Positions 18,259 through 28,639 are shown, counted from the stretch's first letter. The stretch: DNA of 64,000 bases from Thermomicrobiales bacterium (GCA_020432165.1 JAGQGU010000013.1:10613-74612); one strand, 5' to 3'. The notes: generated by a model from the letters alone, not told the origin. A program made the numbers and translations.

Positions 18259-19578
18259 GTGGTGTTTGTAGCGATTGTTGCCTCGCTCGCTTGCTGTCTT
18301 CTCTTGAGTATTGTGGTACTTGGGATTAGGCATGCTGACAACTCTATTTCTGGCGCTTCCGAGCAGAGCGATGTGTCCACCGCCGCGTCTGCGGAGTCCT
18401 ACTCATCCTCTCAATTGAGCGAGGTGGTCGCCGAGCGAAGTAATGAGTCGAAGGATTATCTAGACCTGACTAGCGATCAACACGCAAGCCGGATCGGCGT
18501 CATGTCGGAACTTGCAAGGCAGCTGAATCATCTGGGCACTCCACAGGGCGAATATGACGACACTGGCCTATTTCAATCCACAGTTCCACGGATTAGGCGG
18601 AACTTTCCGTTGGGAACCGGCCAAGGGAATCAGTACCCTACTGGGCAGATGAAGCCAGAACCTAAGAAACGCAAAGTAGGCCCATCGCCCACCTCTCAGG
18701 CGATTCCTCGAATAAGCAATTACCGAATCGACCCTCATACTGGATGGCTGATACCAATAGAGAACCAGGTGATTCTCAAAGCACCACCATCCGCCCCATC
18801 TGATTCTCCGCCAGACCGAAAGGTGGGGCTTCCTAAACCGCGTCTGCAGAGTCAAAGGGTTCAAGCTGAAAGACGTGATACACGCGTAGAGGACAGCGAT
18901 ATCGAGGCGCTGATAGCGGCAGCTCATGAGCGTTCGTCGAGAATGAGTGTTCAGGATATTGAGGGACTATATGGGTATCTTGACCTCATGAAACTATCGG
19001 GCCTTCACGCGGGCGATATACCCATTGACAGCATGCTACACAGAAGTCCACCCGAGACAAACTACACCCCGTTAGTAAACCGTTTTCTCAATCTGGGCAT
19101 CAAGCTATTTCACTTCACAGCCAGGCAGAATTCCGACAGCATTAGTTTGACGGGGCTGTTTTGCTCGGACACGTTGAGACAACGAAAAATGCATCCAACT
19201 ATGGTGAGTTCCTTAGTTTCGCAGGAGCAAGACAGAGTATTGGGTCTTGATCAATACGTGCACCTCTGCTTCACTTTGAATGCGAAAATGGCATGGGCTC
19301 ACCACTTCCGATCCACTCAACCCATAGTATGGTTCGAGGTATCTCCAATAGTCCTCGAAGAACCTAAAGTGTTGTTCTGCCGAGACTACGCCAACAAAAG
19401 AGGAGCTGAGTTGCTACCAATTGCCAGCCTCACTGATCTCGACTTGTATGCTCTCGCAACTCAATGCGAGCGAGTTGGATACTGGCAGCTACTAGTACCG
19501 AAAACCATCCGCCAAAATCGAATGCGCAAGGTTTCAGCGTCTCTATACCCACAAGAAGGTCGTTCAATATGGCAGTAA
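18259..19578 (+). CDS. Membrane-anchored protein with a long disordered linker and a C-terminal DarT/Tpt1-like (ADP-ribosyltransferase-fold) domain. The function is hypothetical.
   Basis: A GTG start lies 6 nt after the gpmI stop, with AGAGG as RBS. The N-terminal TM helix is VFVAIVASLACCLLLSIVVLGI. About 250 low-complexity residues follow. The C-terminal domain has LFHFT (19105-19119), QYVHLCF (19252-19272), VLFCRDYANKRG and YWQLLVP (19480-19500). These line up by eye with DarT motifs (L/I)YH(F/I)TH, DYVPFYF, VFTD and AEFLV. GC is lower than in the flanks. Confidence 0.5.
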   Translation: MVFVAIVASLACCLLLSIVVLGIRHADNSISGASEQSDVSTAASAESYSSSQLSEVVAERSNESKDYLDLTSDQHASRIGVMSELARQLNHLGTPQGEYDDTGLFQSTVPRIRRNFPLGTGQGNQYPTGQMKPEPKKRKVGPSPTSQAIPRISNYRIDPHTGWLIPIENQVILKAPPSAPSDSPPDRKVGLPKPRLQSQRVQAERRDTRVEDSDIEALIAAAHERSSRMSVQDIEGLYGYLDLMKLSGLHAGDIPIDSMLHRSPPETNYTPLVNRFLNLGIKLFHFTARQNSDSISLTGLFCSDTLRQRKMHPTMVSSLVSQEQDRVLGLDQYVHLCFTLNAKMAWAHHFRSTQPIVWFEVSPIVLEEPKVLFCRDYANKRGAELLPIASLTDLDLYALATQCERVGYWQLLVPKTIRQNRMRKVSASLYPQEGRSIWQ

Positions 19579-20243
19579 GGCAGATTTTCATTCCCGCTTC
19601 CAAACCGCCTTACTGGTCCGAGACTAGTGTTAGTTTTGAGTGGCACCCTGGACTATCGACATCTCAGAAAATGAAGTCCGTCCAGTCACTCCATGAAAGT
19701 GCCAAGATTCGATTTCCCAATATCTCCCTACTAGAAGTTTCTACAAAATCTGATATCCAGATGGGAGTCCAGCTCAGTGCGTTCAATCTATATCTGGAGC
19801 AGTCCACTCTCGGCATAGTCCCTTTCGAGGCGGCGTTTCAAAGCTCGAAGGTGTATCGGATGCATGGTCAAATCACCGAAGCGCTTCGTCTTGGCCCCCG
19901 AGAGGCCAAATCCTACGCCAGAACCATCGACCGAGATGATCAGCTCCTAGGCTTTCAGTGGAATGAACGAGTGTGGCCGCTTGAGCCCAAAAGCTGGTTC
20001 TACGATTGGCTCTACATACAAGCACTACTGACCTCAGCACAACATCTGATCGGAAACATTCGCGAATTTGGAGGATTCACTGATATCGAGTTTAACCCGC
20101 TGAAGTCTTTCAACTGTCAAGCGAGAACATGCGCGATAGTTGCATCCTCGCATGACGACAGTCAGCTGTCACAATGGATTCAACATCCTGAGTTGTTACT
20201 AGGTGACCCTCAGGGGCTGACAACACAAGTTCGGCTCTTTTAG
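19569..20243 (+). CDS. Hypothetical protein translationally coupled to the DarT-like gene. I recognise no family.
   Basis: ATG 19569 overlaps the last 10 nt of the upstream gene. The sequence is MAVRQIFIPASKPPYWSETSVSFEWHPGLS...WFYDWLYIQALL...FTDIEFNPLKSFNCQARTCAI. The ORF-track start at 19464 would overlap the upstream gene by 115 nt. Confidence 0.55.
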   Translation: MAVRQIFIPASKPPYWSETSVSFEWHPGLSTSQKMKSVQSLHESAKIRFPNISLLEVSTKSDIQMGVQLSAFNLYLEQSTLGIVPFEAAFQSSKVYRMHGQITEALRLGPREAKSYARTIDRDDQLLGFQWNERVWPLEPKSWFYDWLYIQALLTSAQHLIGNIREFGGFTDIEFNPLKSFNCQARTCAIVASSHDDSQLSQWIQHPELLLGDPQGLTTQVRLF

Positions 20244-20246
20244 GCA

Positions 20247-21911
20247 ATGAACAGACGTGCGCTGTTATCGATATTTCCGGCGATGGCGCTGGGGACAGTG
20301 CGCGCGCAAGAGGAGACCAGCACCGTGATCAATATCATTCCCGCACCGCAGCAAGTGTTGCCGGGCGAAGGTACGCTCAAGCTTGATGAGACGACGCAGA
20401 TTGTGGCCAGTGTCGGAGCCGAAAACGCTGCAACCTGGCTGCGCGATGGACTTGCTCGCTTTGCCAAACTGGAGATCGGTGCGGGCGCGGGATCGGTGAT
20501 TCATCTCACGATCAAATCGTTTGAAGCAACTCTGCCCGAATCCTTGGGCGTACGAGCGGATGGCGATCTGATTGGTCGCGAGTTGCACACGATTGAGGTC
20601 ACGGCCAAGGGTGTGACGATAGAGGGTGTTTCGGCGGAAGCAGTCTTTCGCGGTGCGACATCGCTGATTCAAATGGCAGCGTTGAATGGCGGCAATATAC
20701 CCGTCGGCACCATTATCGATGCTCCGCGCTTCGCCTGGCGCGGACTCAGTTTCGATGTCGTGCGCTGCTTCCATCCCGCCAGCACGGTGCGTGATGTGAT
20801 CGATTTGCTGGCGCTGTACAAGATGAATGTGCTGCACTGGCATCTCACCGATACTGAAGGCTGGCGCGTAGAGGTACCAGGTTGGCCGAAGCTGACCGAG
20901 GTAAGCGGCAAGACCGCCCGCAACGATCGCGAAGGCGGCTATTACACCGCTGAAGAGTTCTCCGAGTTGGTGCAGTATGCGGCGGATCGCTATATCACCG
21001 TCGTGCCGGAGTTCGATTCGCCAGGTCATACGGCGAGCGTGCTCGCGGCCTATCCCGAACTTGCAGCCGCGGGCATTCTTGATACCGATCCGGCCATGCA
21101 TTACCTCCATCCGAATCAGCCGGGCGTCCCGGATCTGCTGAAGGATGTCTACTCCTCGCTCGCGGCCACCACAAATGGCGCGCGCATCCATATCGGTGGT
21201 GATGAAGCCATCGCCATGACCCATGAGGATTTCCAGAGTTATATCCAGATGGCGTTGCCGATCGCACGCGGAACGGGTAAGGGCGTGGTTGCCTGGCAGG
21301 AAGCTGCCCGTGGCGGTCTCTCCGAAGGAGATGTGGTGCAATGGTGGATCCCGAATGCGATGGTAGAAAAGATGCGAGCCATCCGGGATTCTGGTGACTA
21401 CAGCCAGTTCGGAGGATTAGGCGGAAACATTGAAGTGGCCAAGGCCTTCATCGAGCTATTCTCATCGGCCGATGAGGATGTGCCGTTGGCTCTGGAGCAA
21501 GGTGCGATGGTGCTCCTTTCACCCGCGACAGATCTCTATCTGGACACCAAATATCCTGAACTCAGCATAGACCCACTTCAGGGTGAGCAGCATGAACGTC
21601 TCGGAATGCCGCAACGTGTTTATGAACAAGGCACTGTCGCCGACTCTTATGACTGGGATCCCGTCACTATTCATGAAAATGTGCCAGCCGATCGTATCGC
21701 TGGCATTGAAGCGGCTATTTGGTGCGAGTTCATTGAGGATCGCAGCGACCTCTTCTTCCAGCTCCTGCCACGCCTGGCAGGCTCGGCCGAGAAGGCCTGG
21801 AGTCAGAATCTGACATGGGCGGATCACAAGGCACGATTGATGATTCAGCCGACCTTGTGGGATGCGATGGAGTTGCCGTACTTCAAGTCATCCGTCGTGT
21901 GGGATTCATAA
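20247..21911 (+). CDS. Secreted beta-N-acetylhexosaminidase (GH20)
   Basis: Signal-like N-terminus MNRRALLSIFPAMALGTVRAQ. Motifs are FAWRGLSFDVVRCF, MNVLHWHLTDTEGWR, PEFDSPGH and HIGGDEA. Confidence 0.85.
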   Translation: MNRRALLSIFPAMALGTVRAQEETSTVINIIPAPQQVLPGEGTLKLDETTQIVASVGAENAATWLRDGLARFAKLEIGAGAGSVIHLTIKSFEATLPESLGVRADGDLIGRELHTIEVTAKGVTIEGVSAEAVFRGATSLIQMAALNGGNIPVGTIIDAPRFAWRGLSFDVVRCFHPASTVRDVIDLLALYKMNVLHWHLTDTEGWRVEVPGWPKLTEVSGKTARNDREGGYYTAEEFSELVQYAADRYITVVPEFDSPGHTASVLAAYPELAAAGILDTDPAMHYLHPNQPGVPDLLKDVYSSLAATTNGARIHIGGDEAIAMTHEDFQSYIQMALPIARGTGKGVVAWQEAARGGLSEGDVVQWWIPNAMVEKMRAIRDSGDYSQFGGLGGNIEVAKAFIELFSSADEDVPLALEQGAMVLLSPATDLYLDTKYPELSIDPLQGEQHERLGMPQRVYEQGTVADSYDWDPVTIHENVPADRIAGIEAAIWCEFIEDRSDLFFQLLPRLAGSAEKAWSQNLTWADHKARLMIQPTLWDAMELPYFKSSVVWDS

Positions 21912-22022
21912 TTCCTGTTCAGACGTTGCCCTGGGGTTGACCTCCCGTCCATTCCCAGAAAATGGATAGAGATGGGGCAGCAACAGCGTAGACTCGGACC
22001 TCGCTGGCGCAAGCGCCTGGTA

Positions 22023-22045
22023 GCACCGCATTTCATATGCGGTGC
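22023..22045. repeat. Short palindromic hairpin, CCGCATTTCATATGCGG type
   Basis: GCACCGCA-tttcatat-GCGGTGC. A near-identical core recurs at 40871..40893. Confidence 0.5.
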
Positions 22046-22106
22046 CCGGGTTCCAGTACTCGACATGCACCAACTCCGCCACCTGTTCCAGAATTTCGCG
22101 CTGGAC

Positions 22107-22190
22107 GGCTCCTAGAACCCGCCCCGGGGATGCGGCGAGTATCTGGCCACCAATCGTTTGTCTCCTTCGCTACGCTCAGGGTTCGGAATA
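22107..22190. repeat. Degenerate, inverted and shortened copy of the nested-inverted-repeat element at 43098..43210
   Basis: CTTCGCTACGCTCAGGGTTCGGAAT (22165-22189) matches the reverse complement of 43100-43124 with 1 mismatch. GAACCCGC and CCAATCGT blocks are also shared. Confidence 0.4.
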
Positions 22191-22219
22191 GAGCGCATAG
22201 TGAACATAGGGAGCTCCAT

Positions 22220-23092
22220 ATGATGCATCCAAATCAGATCCCCACCTCCCCTGCCCTCGTAGGCGATCTACTACAACGCCAGTACCCAATGCTGGCAAAC
22301 GAGCCGATTTCCGAGACACCCTTCCATGGCACCGATAGCGACACCTACCGCGTTGGCAAGCATCACAGTGTGCGTCTTCCGATCATCGATTGGGCGGTAA
22401 ACAACGAGACCCATATGCGTCCCTGGCTGCCATGGCTCCAGGACCGACTTGCGGTTCAGGTTTCCGGTCCGATCTTCTACGGCGAGCCAGACTGTGGCTA
22501 TCCTCACGGTTGGACAGTCTATCCCTGGCTGCCCGGTGAACCGATCGCATTCGGATGCGATGATCCCCAGGTTGCTATCGATATCGCAGCATTCCTCCAC
22601 GAACTCAGGGCGCTGCCAACCGAGGGAGCACCCTCGGCAGGGCGTTCACCGCACGCCCTTGATACCGATGTGCGCAAATGTCTCGCACAGTTAGCGGCAG
22701 AGGATCATCGCGACGATCTCATCGCCGTCTGGGAAGCAATGATGACCACACCCGCCTGGGATGGCAGCGGCGTAGTCTGGATGCACGGCGATGTCGCACC
22801 GGGAAATTTGCTCTTCATAAACGGTCGCCTCAAGGCAGCAATCGATTGGAGTGCATTGGGAATCGGCGATCCGGCAAGCGATTTGCAAGTAGCCTGGAAC
22901 ATGCTCGCTGCAAATGCCCGAGCAATTTTCCGCGAAGCGATGGGTGCAGACGATGCTACCTGGGAGCGAGCCCGGGCACGAGCATTCGCACAGGCAAGCT
23001 TCCAACTGCCCTACTATCGAGAGTCGTTGCCAGCGCTAGCACAACAGGCGCAATGGGTGTTTGGAGAGATTCTGGAGGAGTTCGGTCGGTAG
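22220..23092 (+). CDS. Aminoglycoside/choline-kinase-type phosphotransferase (APH family)
   Basis: VWMHGDVAPGNLLFINGRLKAAIDWSALGIGDPASDL carries the Brenner HxDxxxxN and DWS motifs. ATG 22220 is preceded by AGGGAG. The upstream extension to 22037 runs through repeat elements. Confidence 0.75.
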   Translation: MMHPNQIPTSPALVGDLLQRQYPMLANEPISETPFHGTDSDTYRVGKHHSVRLPIIDWAVNNETHMRPWLPWLQDRLAVQVSGPIFYGEPDCGYPHGWTVYPWLPGEPIAFGCDDPQVAIDIAAFLHELRALPTEGAPSAGRSPHALDTDVRKCLAQLAAEDHRDDLIAVWEAMMTTPAWDGSGVVWMHGDVAPGNLLFINGRLKAAIDWSALGIGDPASDLQVAWNMLAANARAIFREAMGADDATWERARARAFAQASFQLPYYRESLPALAQQAQWVFGEILEEFGR

Positions 23093-23184
23093 GTGGTGGA
23101 ACAGCAAAGACCCAGAGAGAGTATCTCTGGGCCTCTGCTCTCTTCACATTCACCGCACATACAATGCGGTGCTACCGCCCAGAA

Positions 23185-24489
<1,305 letters not shown>

Positions 24490-24574
24490 TCAACCAAACG
24501 GTTCGTTAACCAACTGAAGTCAGTATACCGGCTGCGATGCCCGGATTCTGTGGGGATTTGTTACAATCCTATGC

Positions 24575-24860
24575 GATAACGCGATGACGGAGACAGACCC
24601 ATCGGCTCTCCGGCAGAGAGGCGATCCATGTGCTGAAAGATCGCCCGGCACTCCGATGGCAATTCACTCCCGAGCAGCATGGTGAGGAGCGGTAAGCCGC
24701 TCGTGTAGTCGTGCGGGTTGCTCTTCCGTATCGGAGCATTAAGCGCGCTGAATCGCAACCCGAACCCGCACGTAAAGTGCGGGCGTACATTAGGGTTTGC
24801 TGAACAGCGAAGCAGGGTGGTACCGCGTGGATGCCCCTCGTCCCTGCCGAGGGGTTTTTC
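24575..24860 (+). promoter_or_regulatory. T-box leader (Phe specifier UUC) with intrinsic terminator, controlling pheST
   Basis: AGAGA and distal-loop-like GTGCTGAAAG sit in Stem I. The specifier context is GGCAA-UUC-A (TTC at 24663-24665). The T-box sequence AGGGTGGTACCGCG is at 24814-24827. The terminator is CCCCTCG-tccctgc-CGAGGGG-TTTTT (24834-24859). A possible extended -10, TGTTACAAT, lies at 24559-24567. The 5' boundary is approximate. Confidence 0.75.
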
Positions 24861-24887
24861 TGTGCCCATACCAGGCACCACACAATC

Positions 24888-24935
24888 GTAGGCCCGCACT
24901 TTGCATGCGGGCACCCGCGCAAAGCGCGGGCCTAC
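24888..24935. repeat. REP-like palindromic element (family A), between the T-box terminator and the pheS start
   Basis: GTAGGCCCGCACTTTGCATGCGGGCACCCGCGCAAAGCGCGGGCCTAC. The ends GTAGGCCCGC and GCGGGCCTAC pair with each other, and there are internal hairpins. Confidence 0.6.
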
Positions 24936-24959
24936 GTTGAGTTGGAGTGACGCGAAACG

Positions 24960-26000
24960 ATGTCCGATATCCAGTCAATCCGCACGCAGGCGCTGGAGCG
25001 CCTGGAACATCTCTCCACATTGGAGGACGCCCAAACCTGGGAAGCCGATTACCTCGGTCCCAAGGGAGCAGTGAAGCTTTTCCAGCGCAGTCTGGGAAGC
25101 CTCTCCGCCGAGGAGCGCCCGGCAGCGGGCCGCGCCGCGAATGATCTCAGTCGCGAGCTGACCGAGGCGTTCGCGCCCATCCTGGAGCGCCTGCAAGCGG
25201 AATCGCTGACCGCCGGTATGGCGAGCGATAGCATCGATGTCACGCTACCCGGACGGACTCCCACGGTCGGTGCAGCCCACCCGATCAACGCGATGATCGA
25301 TGAGCTCATCGAGATCTTCGCCCATATGGGTTTCCAGAGCGTCTTTGGTCCCGAAGTGGAAACAGGACGTTACAACTTCGATCTACTCAATATTCCGGCC
25401 GATCATCCGGCACGCGATGTTTGGGACACCATGATCGTGCAGGCACCAAATGCGGAAATCATCATGCGCACCCACACGAGCCCGATGCAGGCCCGCACGA
25501 TGGAACGCATGGAGCCACCGGTGCGCGTAATTGTGCCCGGCAAGGCGTATCGATTTGAAGCCCAGGATGCCAGCCACGAATGGCAGTTCACCCAACTCGA
25601 GGGGTTGATGGTGGACAAGGATGTCCGCCTCAGCGATCTCAAGGGAGTGCTGCAGGAGATGGCCCGGCAGCTCTTTGGACCAGAGCGGAAGGTGCGCTTC
25701 CGCTGCGACTTCTTTCCCTTCGTGGAACCAGGTGTCGATTTCTCTGTCGACTGCGCGGTCTGCGATGGCAAGGGATGCCGCGTCTGCAAATACACCGGCT
25801 GGCTGGAGATGGGCGGTGCCGGTATGGTTCACCCGAATGTGCTCCGTGGCGTTGGTTATGATCCGAAAGTCTATAGCGGCTTCGCGTTCGGACTCGGGAT
25901 TGAGCGCATCATCATGATGAAGTACGGCGTGAACGATATTCGCGCCTTCCAGGCTAACGATCTGCGCTTCCTGGAGCGGTTCGCCGCGGCTGGAGCGTAA
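24960..26000 (+). CDS. pheS: Phenylalanine--tRNA ligase alpha subunit
   Basis: HPARDVWDT, RTHTSPMQ, FRCDFFPFVEPG and GGAGMVHPNVL. Confidence 0.95.
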   Translation: MSDIQSIRTQALERLEHLSTLEDAQTWEADYLGPKGAVKLFQRSLGSLSAEERPAAGRAANDLSRELTEAFAPILERLQAESLTAGMASDSIDVTLPGRTPTVGAAHPINAMIDELIEIFAHMGFQSVFGPEVETGRYNFDLLNIPADHPARDVWDTMIVQAPNAEIIMRTHTSPMQARTMERMEPPVRVIVPGKAYRFEAQDASHEWQFTQLEGLMVDKDVRLSDLKGVLQEMARQLFGPERKVRFRCDFFPFVEPGVDFSVDCAVCDGKGCRVCKYTGWLEMGGAGMVHPNVLRGVGYDPKVYSGFAFGLGIERIIMMKYGVNDIRAFQANDLRFLERFAAAGA

Positions 26001-26046
26001 CGACCGGTTCCAGACGTAACCCCGGGGTTGATCCCGAAGCCTGCGC

Positions 26047-26098
26047 GGGCTGCCCGTGCGTAAAGCACGGGCAGCCCGCACATAAAGTGCGGGCCTAC
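26047..26098. repeat. REP-like double-hairpin element (family A)
   Basis: GGGCTGCCCGTGC-gtaaa-GCACGGGCAGCCC overlaps CCCGCAC-ataaa-GTGCGGG and ends in CCTAC. Confidence 0.6.
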
Positions 26099-26182
26099 GC
26101 GGAGCTTCACCAACAAGAGATTTTGGACCGGCTTCGCCGGGAGGCCCTGCGAGCGCTCCGCGCCGCAGGGTGAGGACATGAT

Positions 26183-28639
26183 ATGAAAGCACCACTTAGC
26201 TGGCTGAAAGATATGGTCAGCATCGAGATAACTGCCGAAGAGCTCGCGGCCAGGATGACGATGGCCGGTCTCGAAGCCGAGAAGATCGAGCACCTCGGAG
26301 CCGAATGGGGCGATAAGGTCTACGTCGCGGAGGTGCTGAATGTGACCCAGCATCCGGACGCCGATCGTCTTGTACTCGCTGATATCCAGGCCGGCGAGCA
26401 TCGCCTCACGGTCGTTACCGGCGCCCCCAATATCGCGACCGGGCAGAAGGTTGTGCTGGCACTGGCCGGTGCTCGTCTGGTTGATGCCTACGCCGATGAG
26501 CCAGGCAAGATGAAGACCCTCAAGCCCGGCAAGATTCGCGGCATCATGAGCGAAGGCATGGTCTGTTCCGAGAAAGAGCTGGGTATGTCTGATGAACATG
26601 AGGGCATTCTGGTGCTGCCGGACGATGCTCCGGTCGGTACGCTTCTACAACACTATCTCGGCGACACGGTAATCGAGTTCGAGATTACCCCGAACCTCGT
26701 GCATGCCTTCAGCGTTCGCGGCCTGGCTGGAGAAGCCGGCGCGATCCTGAATGAACCGGTGCGTGAACTCGCGGTCGCCAGTATGGATGGCGTACCGGTG
26801 CAGGAAAATCTGGTTCGTATTGATGCGCCGCAGCTGTGCAGTCGCTATATCGGCGTCATCATCGATGGTGTCCAGGTGGAGCCGAGTCCAGCGTGGCTGG
26901 CCGGGAGACTGGCAGCCGCCGGTGTACGTCCGATCAACAATTTGGTTGATATCACAAACTACGTGATGTTGGAGATCGGCCAACCACTTCATGCCTTCGA
27001 TCTCCGCAATGTCGCGGGCGAGCGCATCATCGTGCGCACAGCCACCGATGGCGAGCAGATGGAAACGCTCGATCACACGATGCGCACCTTCACCGCTGCC
27101 GATCTTCTCATTACCGATGCCGAAAAGCCGGTGGCTGTAGCGGGTGTGATGGGTGGTGTAAACAGCGAGGTATTGGACGACACCACCAGCATCCTGTTGG
27201 AGAGCGCGAACTTCGATATGGTCAGCGTGCGACAAACTGGCCGTCGACTTAAGCTCCGCACCGATGCGCTGGCGCGATTCGAGCGTGGTCTCGATCCCAA
27301 TCTCTCCTGGAACGCGGCCATGCGCGCCGTCCAGTTGGTTTTGGATGTCTGTCCGGATGCGACGGTGCGCTGCTATGCGGATGAGTATCCAGTCAAGAAA
27401 GCGCCGATCAACATCAGTCTCCCCTTCGTCAAAATCGAGAAGGTGCTGGGAATGGCAATCGATGCCGCTACGGTCGTCAACGTTCTCTCACGCCTCGGAT
27501 TCCAGCCAGTCATCAGCGGTGAGACGTTGAGCGTCACCGTGCCGACAAATCGTAGCGATGTCACTCTCAGCGAGGATGTGATCGAGGAAGTCGCACGCAT
27601 CGTTGGCTACGACAACCTTCCGGCAACCATGCCGATTGGCGAAACACCGATCGTCGAGCGCGATGCAATGTTCCTGCTGGAGCGAGCGGTGCGGGAAAGC
27701 CTGGTCGCTGCGGGAGCATTCGAGGGTCGTAGCTATGTGACCGTGAGCGAGTCCGCGCAGCAGACCTTCGCAGGTGTCACACGTGAGTCCACAGAGAATC
27801 ACCTTGTCCGACTCATCAATCCGCTGAATGATGCCCAACCTGTTCTGCGTACCAGCTTGCTACCGCGGCTGATTGATGCCGTGGCCGAGAACCTGAAGCA
27901 CGAGAAGACGGTGCGATTGTTCGAGATCGGCCATGCCTTCTTCGGCACCACACCCGACGAATTGCCGGACGAGCCGAGCCACCTGGCCTTCGCATATGCT
28001 GGTTATCGTGAGCCATTCAATCGCTTCGCACCGCAGGTACGCAAGCTGAACACCGAGCAAGCCGCCGCACAGGAGCTTGACTACTTCGATGTGAAGGGTG
28101 CTCTGGAAGTTGCGCTCGAACGTGTGGGCGCGACCGATCTGACCTATGCGCGGAGCGAACACCCGGCACTCCATCCCGGACGCACCGCCTCGGTAAAGGT
28201 GAAGGGCGAGCATATCGGCACTATCGGCGAGGTCCGACCTGATCTGGCAAAAGAGCTCGGAGTCGGCGAAAACCGTTTGGTGGTGGCTGAAATCGATTTG
28301 GCACGCGTGCATCAGCTACTTGGCGGCCAGGCAAAGATGCAGATCAGTGTCGATCATTTCTTGCCTGTAGAGCAGGATTTCGCTTTCCTGGTCGACAAGT
28401 CCGTGCCAGCTGCCGATGTGGAGCAGGCTCTGCGACGAAATGCCGGCCCATTGTTGACCGACATCGTGCTCTTCGATGTCTTCGAAGGTAAGCAGATTGG
28501 TGCAGACAAGAAGAGCCTGGCCTATCGTCTCACCTTCACTGCACCTGATCGCGCGCTGACCGATGCGGAGCTGGAGAAGCAACGGGTTAAGATTCAGAAG
28601 GGTGTGAAGGCGTTAGTCGGTGGCGAGCTACGCGCGTAG
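26183..28639 (+). CDS. pheT: Phenylalanine--tRNA ligase beta subunit
   Basis: 818 aa starting MKAPLSWLKD. It has a tRNA-binding domain (HPDADRL), B3/4 and B5 regions and a C-terminal FDVFEG...KSLAYRLTF. Confidence 0.95.
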   Translation: MKAPLSWLKDMVSIEITAEELAARMTMAGLEAEKIEHLGAEWGDKVYVAEVLNVTQHPDADRLVLADIQAGEHRLTVVTGAPNIATGQKVVLALAGARLVDAYADEPGKMKTLKPGKIRGIMSEGMVCSEKELGMSDEHEGILVLPDDAPVGTLLQHYLGDTVIEFEITPNLVHAFSVRGLAGEAGAILNEPVRELAVASMDGVPVQENLVRIDAPQLCSRYIGVIIDGVQVEPSPAWLAGRLAAAGVRPINNLVDITNYVMLEIGQPLHAFDLRNVAGERIIVRTATDGEQMETLDHTMRTFTAADLLITDAEKPVAVAGVMGGVNSEVLDDTTSILLESANFDMVSVRQTGRRLKLRTDALARFERGLDPNLSWNAAMRAVQLVLDVCPDATVRCYADEYPVKKAPINISLPFVKIEKVLGMAIDAATVVNVLSRLGFQPVISGETLSVTVPTNRSDVTLSEDVIEEVARIVGYDNLPATMPIGETPIVERDAMFLLERAVRESLVAAGAFEGRSYVTVSESAQQTFAGVTRESTENHLVRLINPLNDAQPVLRTSLLPRLIDAVAENLKHEKTVRLFEIGHAFFGTTPDELPDEPSHLAFAYAGYREPFNRFAPQVRKLNTEQAAAQELDYFDVKGALEVALERVGATDLTYARSEHPALHPGRTASVKVKGEHIGTIGEVRPDLAKELGVGENRLVVAEIDLARVHQLLGGQAKMQISVDHFLPVEQDFAFLVDKSVPAADVEQALRRNAGPLLTDIVLFDVFEGKQIGADKKSLAYRLTFTAPDRALTDAELEKQRVKIQKGVKALVGGELRA

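Noticed and set aside
22037-22219. N-terminal extension of the APH-family kinase ORF, with similar upstream extensions of ORFs at 7103, 12496, 16615, 32605 (ruvA), 38564, 42147, 45909, 55763 and 56369.
   Set aside because: The extensions run through repeat elements or neighbouring genes and lack homology. Internal ATG or GTG codons with good Shine-Dalgarno sequences give N-termini matching the families.
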